From Gammaproteobacteria bacterium (GTDB taxonomy: Bacteria > Pseudomonadota > Gammaproteobacteria > Acidiferrobacterales > Sulfurifustaceae), in the NCBI GenBank assembly GCA_029863005.1, contig JAOTWF010000001.1, positions 21,869-85,868 of the forward strand: a stretch of DNA of 64,000 bases, in the 5' to 3' direction. The first letter of the stretch is position 1, and each line of letters starts with the position of its first letter. Below the pieces are notes generated by a model that was not told the DNA's origin, made no database searches, and saw only the letters and a list, made by a program, of their open reading frames with translations. The translations under genes were made by a program, and so were the position numbers. Of this stretch, positions 18,563 to 29,347 are shown piece after piece.

Positions 18563-19399
18563 TCAAAAGTAGGTGTTGATGGCGGCGTCGAGCGTGTCGC
18601 GCATGTCCGGATCGTCGGTGATCGGTCGCACCAGCGTCATCTGGCAGGCGGCCTTGGCGTCGATACCGCGCGCGATCAGCTGGCCAGCATAGGCCAGCAA
18701 GCGCGTGGAGATGCCTTCGTCCAGGCCGTGGCCCTTCAAGTTGCGCGCGCGGTGCGCGATCTGCACCAGCTTTTCGGCAACGCTCTTCTCCACCTTGGTT
18801 TCGTGCATGACGATCTCGGCCTCGACTTCGGCCTCGGGGTAATTGAAGTCGATGGCGCCGAAGCGCTGCTTGGTGGACTGTTTCAGGTCCTTCATCAGGC
18901 TCTGGTAACCCGGGTTGTAGGAAATCACCAGCTGGAAATCCTCATGGCAATTCACCGTCTCGCCCTTCTTCTCCAGCGGTAGCTGGCGGCGGTGATCGGT
19001 GAGCGGGTGGATCACCACGGTCGTGTCCTGGCGCGCCTCGACGACCTCGTCGAGATAGCAGATCGCGCCGATGCGCGCGGCCACGGTCAGCGGGCCGTCG
19101 TGCCATTTTGTGCCGCTGGCGTCGAGCAGGTAGCGCCCGACCAGGTCGGAGGCCGTCATGTCTTCGTTGCAGGCCACCGTGATCAGCGGCTTTTTGAGTT
19201 TCCAGGCAATGTATTCGACAAAGCGGCTCTTGCCGCAACCGGTCGGGCCCTTGAGCATCACCGGCATGCGCGCGCTGTAGGCGGCTTCGTACAATTCGAC
19301 TTCATTGGCGACTGGGCGGTAATACGGCTCGCGGGCCACCATGTACTGGGACATATCCAGGGTGTCGTTATGCTTCGCAGCTACGCTTGCTTTGGTCAT
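18563..19399 (-). CDS. cbbQ: CbbQ, MoxR-type AAA+ Rubisco activase, 278 aa
   Basis: Walker A GPTGCGKS, Walker B CYLDE, ISYNPGYQ, DEGISTRLL; GAGGTG RBS before ATG 19399. Confidence 0.95.
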   Translation of the reverse strand: MTKASVAAKHNDTLDMSQYMVAREPYYRPVANEVELYEAAYSARMPVMLKGPTGCGKSRFVEYIAWKLKKPLITVACNEDMTASDLVGRYLLDASGTKWHDGPLTVAARIGAICYLDEVVEARQDTTVVIHPLTDHRRQLPLEKKGETVNCHEDFQLVISYNPGYQSLMKDLKQSTKQRFGAIDFNYPEAEVEAEIVMHETKVEKSVAEKLVQIAHRARNLKGHGLDEGISTRLLAYAGQLIARGIDAKAACQMTLVRPITDDPDMRDTLDAAINTYF

Positions 19400-19426
19400 T
19401 GGTTCATCACCTCGTTCGATGCCTTC

Positions 19427-19464
19427 AACAAAAAACCCCTGCCCGGTTACCCGAGCAGGGGTTT
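19427..19464 (-). terminator. Intrinsic terminator/attenuator between cbbS and cbbQ
   Basis: Minus-strand RNA AAACCCCUGCUCGG-GUAA-CCGGGCAGGGGUUU: 14-bp stem with one G-U, GNRA loop, then a U6 run. Confidence 0.8.
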
Positions 19465-19486
19465 GGTCACCCTTGCCGGGCAAGAA

Positions 19487-19843
19487 TTACTTCATTTTGC
19501 CGCGGTAGATCACCATCGCGGTGCCTTGCGACTGTTTGAAGTTGTCATAGCCGATCAGGCGCACATGGTTGTCCGGGTTGGCTTTGTGGCAGGCCTCGGC
19601 TTCGGCCAGGATCCGATCGACGTTGGTCTCGCCGAACATCGGCAACTTCCACATGTACCAGTAATGGTCGAAGGCGTTCTCCGGCTCAGTATGCTCGATG
19701 GCCGGGTTCCAGCCCTTGCTTACCAGGTACGCCACCTGCTTCTTGATCTCGTCCTGCTTCATCGCCGGCAGGTAGGAGAAGGTTTCGAACTTGCGGCTGG
19801 CGCTGTCCGAGAGACGCGAATTGTAATCTTGCATTTCACTCAT
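19487..19843 (-). CDS. cbbS: Rubisco form I small subunit
   Basis: [27 protein letters not shown] motifs. Confidence 0.97.
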   Translation of the reverse strand: MSEMQDYNSRLSDSASRKFETFSYLPAMKQDEIKKQVAYLVSKGWNPAIEHTEPENAFDHYWYMWKLPMFGETNVDRILAEAEACHKANPDNHVRLIGYDNFKQSQGTAMVIYRGKMK

Positions 19844-19905
19844 TGCGGTTTCCTCATGTCAGTCTGGGAAGCGGCCGGGCGATGGCGCCCGCCCGGATTC
19901 CGGAT

Positions 19906-21336
19906 TTACTTGTGCGCGACGTCGAGCTTGTCGACGGTGTCGAACTCGAACTTGATTTCCTTCCAGGTTTCCATGGCGGCCTTCAGTTCCGGCGAGCTCT
20001 TGGCGGCGTTGGTCAGGATGTCCTTGCCTTCCTTCTCGAGCTGACGGCCCTGGTTGCGCGCCTCGGTACAGGCCTCAAGCGCCACACGGTTGGCGGCCGC
20101 ACCGGCGGCGTTGCCCCACGGATGGCCCAGCGTGCCGCCACCGAACTGCAGGCAGGCGTCGTCGCCGAAGATCGAGACCAGCGCCGGCATGTGCCACACA
20201 TGGATGCCGCCGGAGGCAACCGGGATCACGCCCGGCATGGAGCCCCAGTCCTGATCGAAGAACAGGCCGCGTGAACGATCTTCCTTGATGAAGCTGTCAC
20301 GCATGGTGTCGATCCAGCCCAGCGTCGCCTCGCGATCGCCTTCGAGCTTGCCGACCACGGTACCGGAATGCAGATGGTCGCCGCCCGACAGGCGCAGCGC
20401 CTTGGCCAGCACACGGAAGTGAATGCCGTGATGTGGGTTGCGATCTAGCACGGCGTGCATGGCGCGATGGATGTGCAACAGCATGCCGTTGTCACGGCAC
20501 CAATTGGCCAGGCCCGTATTGGCGGTGAAACCGCCGGTCAGGAAGTCGTGCATGATAATGGGCGCACCCAGGCTCTTGGCGAACTCGGCACGCTTGTACA
20601 TCTCTTCCGGGGTCGGCGCGGTCACGTTCAGGTAATGACCCTTGCGCTCGCCAGTTTCCTTCTCCGCCTTGTGGATCGCTTCCATCACGAACTCGAAGCG
20701 ATGATTCCAGCGCATGAACGGCTGCGAGTTAATGTTCTCGTCGTCCTTGGTGAAGTCGAGACCGCCGCGCAGACACTCATACACGGCGCGACCATAGTTC
20801 TTGGCTGACAGACCGAGCTTCGGCTTGATGGTGCAGCCGAGCAGCGCGCGGCCGTACTTGTTCAGACGGTCACGCTCGACCTGGATGCCGTTCGGCGGAC
20901 CGCCGCAGGTCTTGACGTAGGCGATGGGGAATCGCACGTCCTCGAGGCGCAGCGCGCGCAGGGCCTTGAAGCCGAACACGTTGCCGACCAGCGAGGTAAA
21001 CACGTTGACCACCGAACCCTCTTCGAACAGGTCGATCGGGTAGGCCACGAAGGCATAGAAGCAGGTGTCGTCGCCCGGCACGTCTTCGATGCGGTAGGCG
21101 CGGCCCTTGTAGTGATACAGGTCGGTCAGCAGGTCGGTCCACACCGTGGTCCAGGTGCCGGTGGACGACTCGGCGGCGACGGCGGCGGCCGCTTCTTCAC
21201 GCGGCACGCCGGCCTGCGGGGTGATCTTGAAACAGGCCAGAATGTCGGTATCCAGAACCTTGTAATCGGGTTCCCAATAGGTTTCGCGGTACTCTTTGAC
21301 GCCCGCTTTGTACGTCTTCACGTTGGCTTTGCTCAT
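19906..21336 (-). CDS. cbbL: Rubisco form IA large subunit, 476 aa
   Basis: [11 protein letters not shown] active-site motif, [22 protein letters not shown]; GAGGAG RBS before ATG 21336. Confidence 0.98.
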   Translation of the reverse strand: MSKANVKTYKAGVKEYRETYWEPDYKVLDTDILACFKITPQAGVPREEAAAAVAAESSTGTWTTVWTDLLTDLYHYKGRAYRIEDVPGDDTCFYAFVAYPIDLFEEGSVVNVFTSLVGNVFGFKALRALRLEDVRFPIAYVKTCGGPPNGIQVERDRLNKYGRALLGCTIKPKLGLSAKNYGRAVYECLRGGLDFTKDDENINSQPFMRWNHRFEFVMEAIHKAEKETGERKGHYLNVTAPTPEEMYKRAEFAKSLGAPIIMHDFLTGGFTANTGLANWCRDNGMLLHIHRAMHAVLDRNPHHGIHFRVLAKALRLSGGDHLHSGTVVGKLEGDREATLGWIDTMRDSFIKEDRSRGLFFDQDWGSMPGVIPVASGGIHVWHMPALVSIFGDDACLQFGGGTLGHPWGNAAGAAANRVALEACTEARNQGRQLEKEGKDILTNAAKSSPELKAAMETWKEIKFEFDTVDKLDVAHK

Positions 21337-21430
21337 ATGCACTCCTCGTAGGAAATCGTGTGAATTCGGCTATTTCGCCTGTTATTACCCAAGCGTTATG
21401 ACATCTTGGGTATAACCCTACTATCCCCAC

Positions 21431-21481
21431 ATCATAAATAACACTCACAATTTATGATTATTATGATAAGTTATAGCTTAT
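21431..21481. promoter_or_regulatory. Putative CbbR (LysR) operator in the divergent cbbL-cbbR spacer
   Basis: AT-rich; TTA-N7-TTA (21461-21473), TAA-N8-TTA (21467-21480) and inverted repeat ATCATAAAT-N10-ATTTATGAT (21431-21458). The first two match the TNA-N7/8-TNA CbbR pattern. Confidence 0.6.
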
Positions 21482-21502
21482 AGTCATATCGGGGCCAATA
21501 CT

Positions 21503-22423
21503 TTGCACCTCACGCTGCGACAACTCAAGGTTTTTGAATCGACGGCGCGCCACCTGAACTACACCCGCGCGGCGGAGGAGCTTTTCCTAACCCAGCCGGC
21601 CGTGTCCATGCAGGTGAAGCAACTGGAGGAGAGTCTCGGGGTCGCACTGTTCGAGCAACTGGGCAAACGCGTCCATCTGACGGAAGCCGGCCAGGAAGTG
21701 CTCACCTACGCGCGTACCGTGACCCAGCAACTGGACGAACTCGAATCGGTCCTGAACAGCCTCAAGGGACTTTCCGGCGGAAAGCTGCGCATCTCGGTCG
21801 CCACCACCGCCAACTACTTCATCCCCATCCTGCTCGGCACCTTCTCGCGCCGTTATCCGGAGGTGACGGTCAGTCTCGATGTCACCAACCGGGAAATACT
21901 GCTCCAGCAGCTTACCGAGAATACCGTCGATCTCGTCATCATGGGCCAGCCCCCGGCCGAGGCCGACGTCGAGGCTGAGGCCTTCATGGAAAACCCACTG
22001 GTCATCGTGGCGCCGCCTGATCACGCGCTGGCGAAGCAGAAAAAAATCCCGCTGAAGCGTCTACAGGATGAGGTCTTCCTGGTTCGCGAACCGGGCTCGG
22101 GCACGCGCAGTGCCATGGAGCGCTTCTTCGCCGAGCGCGAAATTCACCTGAAAACCGGCATGGAAGTCGGCAGCAACGAGGCCATCAAACAAAGCGTGCA
22201 GGCAGGCCTGGGGCTGGGGCTGCTGTCACGCGCCACGATCGGGCAGGAGCTGGAGCTGAAACGGTTGGTGGAACTGGACGTTGCCGAGTTTCCCATCATG
22301 CGTCACTGGTACGTGGTACATCGGAAAGGTAAGCGCCTGTCGGCCGCGGCCGAAAAATACAAGGATTTCATGCTGAAGGAGGCCCGGACCCTGATGGGCA
22401 AAAAAGCCGGGGAAAGTCGGTAA
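21503..22423 (+). CDS. cbbR: LysR-type regulator CbbR
   Basis: LTLRQLKVF...LNYTRAAEELFLTQPAVSMQVKQLE HTH; REPGSGTR; divergent from cbbL; TTG start. Confidence 0.93.
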   Translation: MHLTLRQLKVFESTARHLNYTRAAEELFLTQPAVSMQVKQLEESLGVALFEQLGKRVHLTEAGQEVLTYARTVTQQLDELESVLNSLKGLSGGKLRISVATTANYFIPILLGTFSRRYPEVTVSLDVTNREILLQQLTENTVDLVIMGQPPAEADVEAEAFMENPLVIVAPPDHALAKQKKIPLKRLQDEVFLVREPGSGTRSAMERFFAEREIHLKTGMEVGSNEAIKQSVQAGLGLGLLSRATIGQELELKRLVELDVAEFPIMRHWYVVHRKGKRLSAAAEKYKDFMLKEARTLMGKKAGESR

Positions 22424-22424
22424 T

Positions 22425-22820
22425 TCAGCTCGCGAGCTTGCGCCAGTAGGTCTTGCGCCAATAGTAAAGGACGGTGGTGTCGGCCAAGGGGTAGGAATTC
22501 GCGTAATCCACGTCGCGCTGGGGTTCCTCGACGTTGTCACGCTTGGGGTCGAGCGGGCGCCAGCCGGATTCACGCGGCTCTTCCTCAAACGGGGCGCGCC
22601 CTTCTCCACGGAAACGCCGTTCGGCGACTCCCAGTTCCGCAAAGTTCTGCTGGCCTTGCTCAAGCGAGACGTGATTGGAGCTGCCCGGCAAGCGCGGAAA
22701 ACGCAGTTGCGTCAGGTCGTCTTCCCACAGGCAGATCGGGCATTTCTCGTGATTGCCGGGCTGGCGCTGGAAAACCTGATGCCCGCAGCAGGGGCAGGGA
22801 TATTTGTTCCGATCCATCAT
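22425..22820 (-). CDS. CPCC-type cysteine-rich protein
   Basis: YPCPCCG...CPICLWEDD...SLEQGQQNF pattern. Confidence 0.8.
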   Translation of the reverse strand: MMDRNKYPCPCCGHQVFQRQPGNHEKCPICLWEDDLTQLRFPRLPGSSNHVSLEQGQQNFAELGVAERRFRGEGRAPFEEEPRESGWRPLDPKRDNVEEPQRDVDYANSYPLADTTVLYYWRKTYWRKLAS

Positions 22821-22867
22821 TTTTTAAAGATAGGTCGGTCTGCTCGGTTACGCAAATTTTATCGCAA

Positions 22868-22896
22868 AATAAAAGGGGCGGATTTCCGCCCCTTTT
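22868..22896 (-). terminator. Intrinsic terminator downstream of fba (class II)
   Basis: AAAAGGGGCGG-N4-CCGCCCCTTTT 11-bp stem at 22871-22896 followed by U-rich sequence on the minus strand. Confidence 0.8.
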
Positions 22897-22917
22897 TGCA
22901 CCCGCCACAATTATTTC

Positions 22918-23982
22918 TCAGTTCACTTTTGGATCGAGCTCGCCCTTGGTATAGCGATTGGTCATGGCCTCGAGCGACAGCGGCTTGATCTTGGACGCTT
23001 GACCGGCGCACCCGAAGGACTCGTAGCGCGCCTTGCAGATTTCCTTCATGCCCTTGGTGGAAGCGGCGAGCCACTTGCGTGGGTCGAACTCCTTTTTGTT
23101 CTCGGTCAGGAACTTACGCACCGCGCCGGTCGAGGACATGCGTAAGTCAGTGTCGATATTGACCTTGCGCACGCCATGCTTGATGCCCTGCACGATTTCT
23201 TCCACCGGCACGCCGTAGGTCTCGCCCATGTCGCCACCGTAGGAGTTGATGATCTTCAGCCAGTCCTGCGGCACCGAGCTCGAACCGTGCATCACGAGAT
23301 GCGTGTTCGGGATGCGCTTGTGGATCGCCTTGATGCGCTCGATGGCGAGGATGTCGCCAGTGGGCGGGCGGGTGAACTTGTAGGCGCCGTGGCTGGTGCC
23401 GATGGCGATGGCCAGCGCATCGACTTTGGTCTTCTTCACAAAGTCTGCCGCCTCGTCCGGGTCGGTCAGGAGTTGCGAGTGATCGAGCTTGCCTTCGGCA
23501 CCCGAGCCGTCTTCTTCGCCCGCCATGCCGGTTTCGAGGCTGCCCAGGCAACCGAGCTCGCCTTCCACGGACACGCCGCAGGCGTGGGCCATGTCGACCA
23601 CGCGCTTGGTGACATCAACATTGTATTCATAGCTGGCCGGGGTCTTCATGTCTTCCTTGAGCGAGCCGTCCATCATGACGGAGGAGAATCCGAGCTGGAT
23701 CGAGCGTTGGCACACGGCTGGCGAGGCGCCGTGATCTTGATGCATCACGACCGGGATATGCGGCCACTCTTCAATCGCCGCCAGGATCAGGTGGCGCAGA
23801 AACGGCGCGCCGGCATATTTGCGCGCACCGGCCGAGGCCTGCACGATCACCGGGCTGTCGGTTTCGTGCGCTGCTTCCATGATGGCACGCATCTGCTCGA
23901 GGTTGTTGACGTTGAACGCCGGTACGCCGTAAGCATGTTCCGCGGCGTGATCCAGCAGTTGGCGCAAGGTTACTAAAGCCAT
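22918..23982 (-). CDS. fba: Fructose-bisphosphate aldolase class II (Calvin-cycle subtype)
   Basis: HQDHG, EGELG, AIGTSHG, VMHGSS, KVNIDTD motifs. Confidence 0.96.
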   Translation of the reverse strand: MALVTLRQLLDHAAEHAYGVPAFNVNNLEQMRAIMEAAHETDSPVIVQASAGARKYAGAPFLRHLILAAIEEWPHIPVVMHQDHGASPAVCQRSIQLGFSSVMMDGSLKEDMKTPASYEYNVDVTKRVVDMAHACGVSVEGELGCLGSLETGMAGEEDGSGAEGKLDHSQLLTDPDEAADFVKKTKVDALAIAIGTSHGAYKFTRPPTGDILAIERIKAIHKRIPNTHLVMHGSSSVPQDWLKIINSYGGDMGETYGVPVEEIVQGIKHGVRKVNIDTDLRMSSTGAVRKFLTENKKEFDPRKWLAASTKGMKEICKARYESFGCAGQASKIKPLSLEAMTNRYTKGELDPKVN

Positions 23983-24416
23983 GACAGTCTCCTAAAAATA
24001 AAAAAATAATAATTATCTGTGGCAATCGAGAGGGAACGGAAATTCCGGAACTTGAGAACGCGTGAGCCACGGCACCTTATCGTTCTGCTACCCCCTCGGC
24101 ACCTTGGATATCTGTTTGATCGCTGTACGCGCTATCCGCCTTGTCCGGACCCCATCTGGGCTCCCCCGGCTCGGCGTGCCTGAGGCAAAAAGCCGCGCTA
24201 GCCTATCAGCACGGCCGGGTCTGTTCAAGAAAACCGCCGTCTCAGCAAGAAAAACCGCAAGGCCGACATCGCGAAGAGAGGGGTACCTTCAATACCCATA
24301 AGGGCATGGCCCGTGGTCTGGACTTTGTCCGGGTCTATCCGCTAGATTCAAGGTCCCCACTCGTTCCGGCAGTTCACGGATTTCCTTTATTCGAGGCGAT
24401 GACAAGGAGGCGCATC

Positions 24417-25442
24417 ATGAACCGACAAACACTCCTGACGACAGCCACGGCGATGGTGGCGAAGGGCAAGGGCATCCTGGCCATGGATGAGAGCACCGGC
24501 ACGTGCCACAAACGCTTCAAGAAAGCGGGAATCGAGGAAACAATTGATCAGCGCCAAGCCTACCGTGACTTGCTTGTAACAACCCCGGGCCTCTCCAGCC
24601 ACATCAGCGGCGCCATCCTCTATGACGAGACTATCCGCCAGAACACGCTGAGTGGAGTGCCATTCGCACAGTTCATTGAAAAACAGGGCATCCTCCCCGG
24701 GATCAAGGTCGACGCCGGCGCCAAGGATTTGGCCGGGCATCCGGGCGAGAAGGTCACCGAGGGGCTGGATGGGCTGCGCGAACGTTTCGTCGAGTACAAA
24801 AAAATGGGGGCAAGATTTGCCAAGTGGCGTGCCGTGATTACCATCGGGCCGGGCATTCCGTCGCATGCCTGCATTCAGGCCAATGCACACGCACTCGCGC
24901 GTTACGCGGCACTGGCGCAAGAGGCCGATCTCGTGCCCATCGTCGAGCCCGAGGTATTGATCGACGGCGACCACACGCTCGAGCGCTGTTACGAAGTCAC
25001 GCGCGCTACGTTACGGCGCGTCTTCAGTGAGCTTGCCGGGCAAGGCGTGGCGTTCGAGGGCATGATTCTGAAAGCCAGCATGGTGATTTCGGGCAAGAGC
25101 TGTCCGAAACAGGCCGGGGTGGAAGATGTGGCGCGCGAGACCGTGCGCTGCCTGTTGAATACGGTGCCGCCGGCGGTCGCGGGAATCGCGTTCCTCTCCG
25201 GCGGACAGGGTACACAACAAGCGACCGCCCATTTGAATGCCATGAACCGGATGAAACTGACCCTGCCGTGGCCGCTCAGTTTTTCCTACGCCCGCGCCCT
25301 GCAGCAGCCGACGCTCGAGGCCTGGGCCGGCAAGAAGGAAAACGTCGCGCAGGCGCAGAAGCTGCTCCTGCGCCGCGCCAAATTCAATGGTGCCGCCACG
25401 CTCGGGCTGTATCGGGAAGAGATGGAGAAAGAGGCCGCCTGA
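24417..25442 (+). CDS. Fructose-bisphosphate aldolase class I (Schiff-base type), 341 aa
   Basis: GILAMDES, GARFAKWR, PIVEPEV, MILKASMV (catalytic Lys), FLSGGQ, FSYARALQ; AAGGAGG RBS before ATG 24417. Confidence 0.94.
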   Translation: MNRQTLLTTATAMVAKGKGILAMDESTGTCHKRFKKAGIEETIDQRQAYRDLLVTTPGLSSHISGAILYDETIRQNTLSGVPFAQFIEKQGILPGIKVDAGAKDLAGHPGEKVTEGLDGLRERFVEYKKMGARFAKWRAVITIGPGIPSHACIQANAHALARYAALAQEADLVPIVEPEVLIDGDHTLERCYEVTRATLRRVFSELAGQGVAFEGMILKASMVISGKSCPKQAGVEDVARETVRCLLNTVPPAVAGIAFLSGGQGTQQATAHLNAMNRMKLTLPWPLSFSYARALQQPTLEAWAGKKENVAQAQKLLLRRAKFNGAATLGLYREEMEKEAA

Positions 25443-25462
25443 ACCGCGTGCGCTCTGGGAAT

Positions 25463-26902
25463 TCAGAATTCCGGCAAGTTGCCGACCGTGGCGATCTTCA
25501 TGGCGTTCGTGCCGCCCATCACGCCGGTGAGATCTCCCTTGGTGATGATAACCAGGTCGCCATCCCGCACCGTGCCCCGGCGTCGCAATTCTTCGATCGC
25601 TTCTTTGTTGACCGTGGCGTGATCCGACGTTGTGACGGTGAATGCAACGGGGTAAACACCGCGGTAAAGGCTTACCTTTCTGCGCGTCCCGACTTGGCTC
25701 GTCAAGGCGTAGATGGGGACCGCCGAGCTGATGCGTGACATCCACAGAACAGTAGAGCCAGATTCTGTCAGGGCGGCGATAGCCTTCACTGCCAGATGAT
25801 TCGCGGTATACATGGTAGCCATGGCAATGGCTTCGTCGACGCGCTTGAACGTGGCGCGCATGCGATGCGCGGACAGGCTGACATCGGGCTCCTCTTCGGC
25901 TACCCGACACACCCGGTCCATGGCCATCACCGCTGCGACCGGATGTTTGCCAACGGCCGTCTCGGCCGAGAGCATGACGGCGTCGGTGCCATCGATTACG
26001 GCGTTGGCCACATCGGAAACTTCGGCGCGAGTCGGAATGGCGTTTTCAATCATCGATTCCATCATCTGCGTCGCCGTGATCGAAATCTTGTTGCGTTCGC
26101 GCGCCATCTTGATCAGCCGTTTCTGGATAGGCGGCACGGCGGCGTCGCCAATCTCGACCCCGAGATCGCCACGCGCAATCATGATCGCATCCGCGGCGTC
26201 GATGATGGCCTCGATGTTCTGCACCGCCTCGGCGCGCTCGATCTTCGCAATGATACCGCCGTGTCCGCCAGCCGCACGCAGCAGTTGCCGGGCTTCGTTC
26301 ACGTCCTCGGCGCTGCGCGGGAAGGAAATGGCGACGTAATCTGCCTGGATATTGGCGGCGGTGCGGATGTCCTCGCGATCCTTGTCCGTCAACGCCTTGG
26401 CCGTGAGCCCGCCGCCCTGGCGATTGATACCCTTGTTGTCTGAAAGCTCTCCGCCGACAACCACGCGGCAGATGACTGCGTTGCCTTCCACCTGGTCCAC
26501 CCACAATACGATGCGCCCATCGTCGAGCAGCAGCGTCGCGCCGCGATCAACGTCCTGCGGTAACGGCTTGTACGTTACGCCCACGCGCTCCGGTGTACCG
26601 GCGTCCAGCGGATGATCCACGTCCAGGACGAACATTTCGCCTTCCTTCAGCGTGACCGGTCCTTTTTTGAATTTGCCGGTGCGTATTTTTGGTCCCTGCA
26701 GATCCACCACGACACCGACCTCACGGCCGTGCGCCTTGGCACGGTCACGCACGGTTTGGGCGCGATGCACGTGGACTTCTTTCCTGTCATGGGAAAAGTT
26801 GAGGCGCGCCACGTCCAGACCGGCCTCGATCAACTTGTCGATAACTTTCAGGTCTTCCGTGGCGGGCCCGAAGGTCGCGACGATTTTGGTTCTTCGATGC
26901 AA
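25463..26902 (-). CDS. pyk: Pyruvate kinase
   Basis: RRTKIVATFGP, ARLNFSH, AKIER, ARGDLGVE, TQMMESM, DAVMLSAETA. Confidence 0.96.
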   Translation of the reverse strand: MHRRTKIVATFGPATEDLKVIDKLIEAGLDVARLNFSHDRKEVHVHRAQTVRDRAKAHGREVGVVVDLQGPKIRTGKFKKGPVTLKEGEMFVLDVDHPLDAGTPERVGVTYKPLPQDVDRGATLLLDDGRIVLWVDQVEGNAVICRVVVGGELSDNKGINRQGGGLTAKALTDKDREDIRTAANIQADYVAISFPRSAEDVNEARQLLRAAGGHGGIIAKIERAEAVQNIEAIIDAADAIMIARGDLGVEIGDAAVPPIQKRLIKMARERNKISITATQMMESMIENAIPTRAEVSDVANAVIDGTDAVMLSAETAVGKHPVAAVMAMDRVCRVAEEEPDVSLSAHRMRATFKRVDEAIAMATMYTANHLAVKAIAALTESGSTVLWMSRISSAVPIYALTSQVGTRRKVSLYRGVYPVAFTVTTSDHATVNKEAIEELRRRGTVRDGDLVIITKGDLTGVMGGTNAMKIATVGNLPEF

Positions 26903-26924
26903 GGAGACTCCTTAGGAATTAGAA

Positions 26925-26952
26925 ACCGCAGATGAACGCAAACATCTGCGGT
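26925..26952. repeat. Palindromic element in the pgk-pyk spacer
   Basis: ACCGCAGATG-aacgcaaa-CATCTGCGGT, perfect 10-bp stem. Confidence 0.75.
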
Positions 26953-26963
26953 ACACGAAATAT

Positions 26964-28145
26964 TTATTTCTTGGCACGCTGTTCAAGAATATCCACCGCC
27001 GGCAGTTTCTTACCTTCGAGGAACTCCAGAAACGCCCCGCCCGCCGTGGAAATGTATGACACCTTGTCGTAGATATTGTACTTCTGGATGGCCGCGATCG
27101 TGTCACCGCCGCCCGCCAGGGTAAACGCCTTGGTATTGGCGATGGCCTCGGCGATTTTTCTGGTGCCGGCACCGAATTGGTCGAACTCGAACACGCCCAC
27201 TGGACCGTTCCACACCACGGTACCGGCCTTCATGATGATGTCGGCCAGTGCCTCCGCACTCTTCGGGCCGATGTCGAAGATCATGTCATCATCGGCCACG
27301 CTCCCGGCGTCCTTCAGCACCGCTTTCTCACTGGCGTCGAATTTCTTGCCAACCACGACATCCACCGCGATGGGAATCGTGGCGTTGCGTTTTTTCATTT
27401 TTGCCATCAGGTTTTTCGCCGTCGGAATGAGACCGGCCTCGGCCAGCGACTTGCCGATTTTCTTGCCGTCCGCTGCGAGGAAGGTATTGGCTATACCACC
27501 ACCAACCACCAGTTGATCGACTTTTTCGGATAGGGATTCGAGCACAGTGAGCTTCGTGGACACTTTGGAGCCGCCGACGATGGCGACCATCGGCCGTTTC
27601 GGGTTGAGCAGCGCCTTAGTGAGCGCATTTAGTTCCTCGGTCAGCAGCAGGCCGGCACAGGCGATCGGCGCAAACTGCGCCACCCCGTGGGTTGAGGCTT
27701 GGGCGCGATGCGCGGTGCCAAAGGCATCCATCACAAACACATCGCATAGCTTGGCGTATTTCTTCGCAGTCTCTTCGACGTTTTTTTTCTCGCCCTCGTT
27801 AAAGCGCACATTTTCGAGCAACACCAGTTCACCGGATGCCACGTCGAAGCCGCCGTCCACCCAGTCTTTGACCAGGCGCACCGGCCTGCCGAGCTTTTTC
27901 GATAGATCGTCGGCCACGGGTTTCAGTGAATTTTCTTCGCTGTATTCACCCTCGATTGGGCGGCCGAGGTGTGACATCACCATCACCTTGGCTCCTGCCT
28001 TGAGACAGTGCTGAAAGGTTGGCAACGAAGCCGTGATGCGGGCATCGGACGTAACCTGGCCGTCCTTCACCGGGACGTTGAGGTCAGATCGGATCAGGAC
28101 TCGCTTGCCCTTGAGGTCGAGATCGGTCAGCTTGATGACGGACAT
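26964..28145 (-). CDS. pgk: Phosphoglycerate kinase
   Basis: [51 protein letters not shown]. Confidence 0.97.
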   Translation of the reverse strand: MSVIKLTDLDLKGKRVLIRSDLNVPVKDGQVTSDARITASLPTFQHCLKAGAKVMVMSHLGRPIEGEYSEENSLKPVADDLSKKLGRPVRLVKDWVDGGFDVASGELVLLENVRFNEGEKKNVEETAKKYAKLCDVFVMDAFGTAHRAQASTHGVAQFAPIACAGLLLTEELNALTKALLNPKRPMVAIVGGSKVSTKLTVLESLSEKVDQLVVGGGIANTFLAADGKKIGKSLAEAGLIPTAKNLMAKMKKRNATIPIAVDVVVGKKFDASEKAVLKDAGSVADDDMIFDIGPKSAEALADIIMKAGTVVWNGPVGVFEFDQFGAGTRKIAEAIANTKAFTLAGGGDTIAAIQKYNIYDKVSYISTAGGAFLEFLEGKKLPAVDILEQRAKK

Positions 28146-28170
28146 GGATTAAACCCTAAATGAAGAAACC

Positions 28171-28252
28171 CGCAAGCCAAGACGCCAAGATGCAAAGGAT
28201 GCGAAGATTCGAAAATTGAAATTTTGATCTTCTTCGCGTCTTGGTGCAATTG
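28171..28252. repeat. Nested imperfect palindrome with tandem 8-mers in the gap-pgk spacer
   Basis: GCCAAGAC-GCCAAGAT tandem; CCAAGACGC (28177-85) pairs with GCGTCTTGG (28236-44); inner GAAGAT/ATCTTC and AAAATT/AATTTT arms. Confidence 0.65.
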
Positions 28253-28268
28253 CATTGGGTAACAGTTG

Positions 28269-29285
<1,017 letters not shown>

Positions 29286-29300
29286 TTAAGTGAAAACCTG

Positions 29301-29335
29301 TAGCTGTCAGCCAAAACGATCCTAGCTGATCGCTG
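29301..29335. repeat. Short imperfect palindrome in the tkt-gap spacer
   Basis: TAGCTGTCAGC ... GCTGATCGCTG (8 of 11 positions complementary). Confidence 0.4.
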
Positions 29336-29347
29336 AATGATGAGTGC

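Noticed and set aside
19906-21336. Carboxysomal (IAc) or Rubisco-like (form IV) assignment
   Set aside because: Full catalytic motif, cbbS present, cbbQO downstream and no cso genes.
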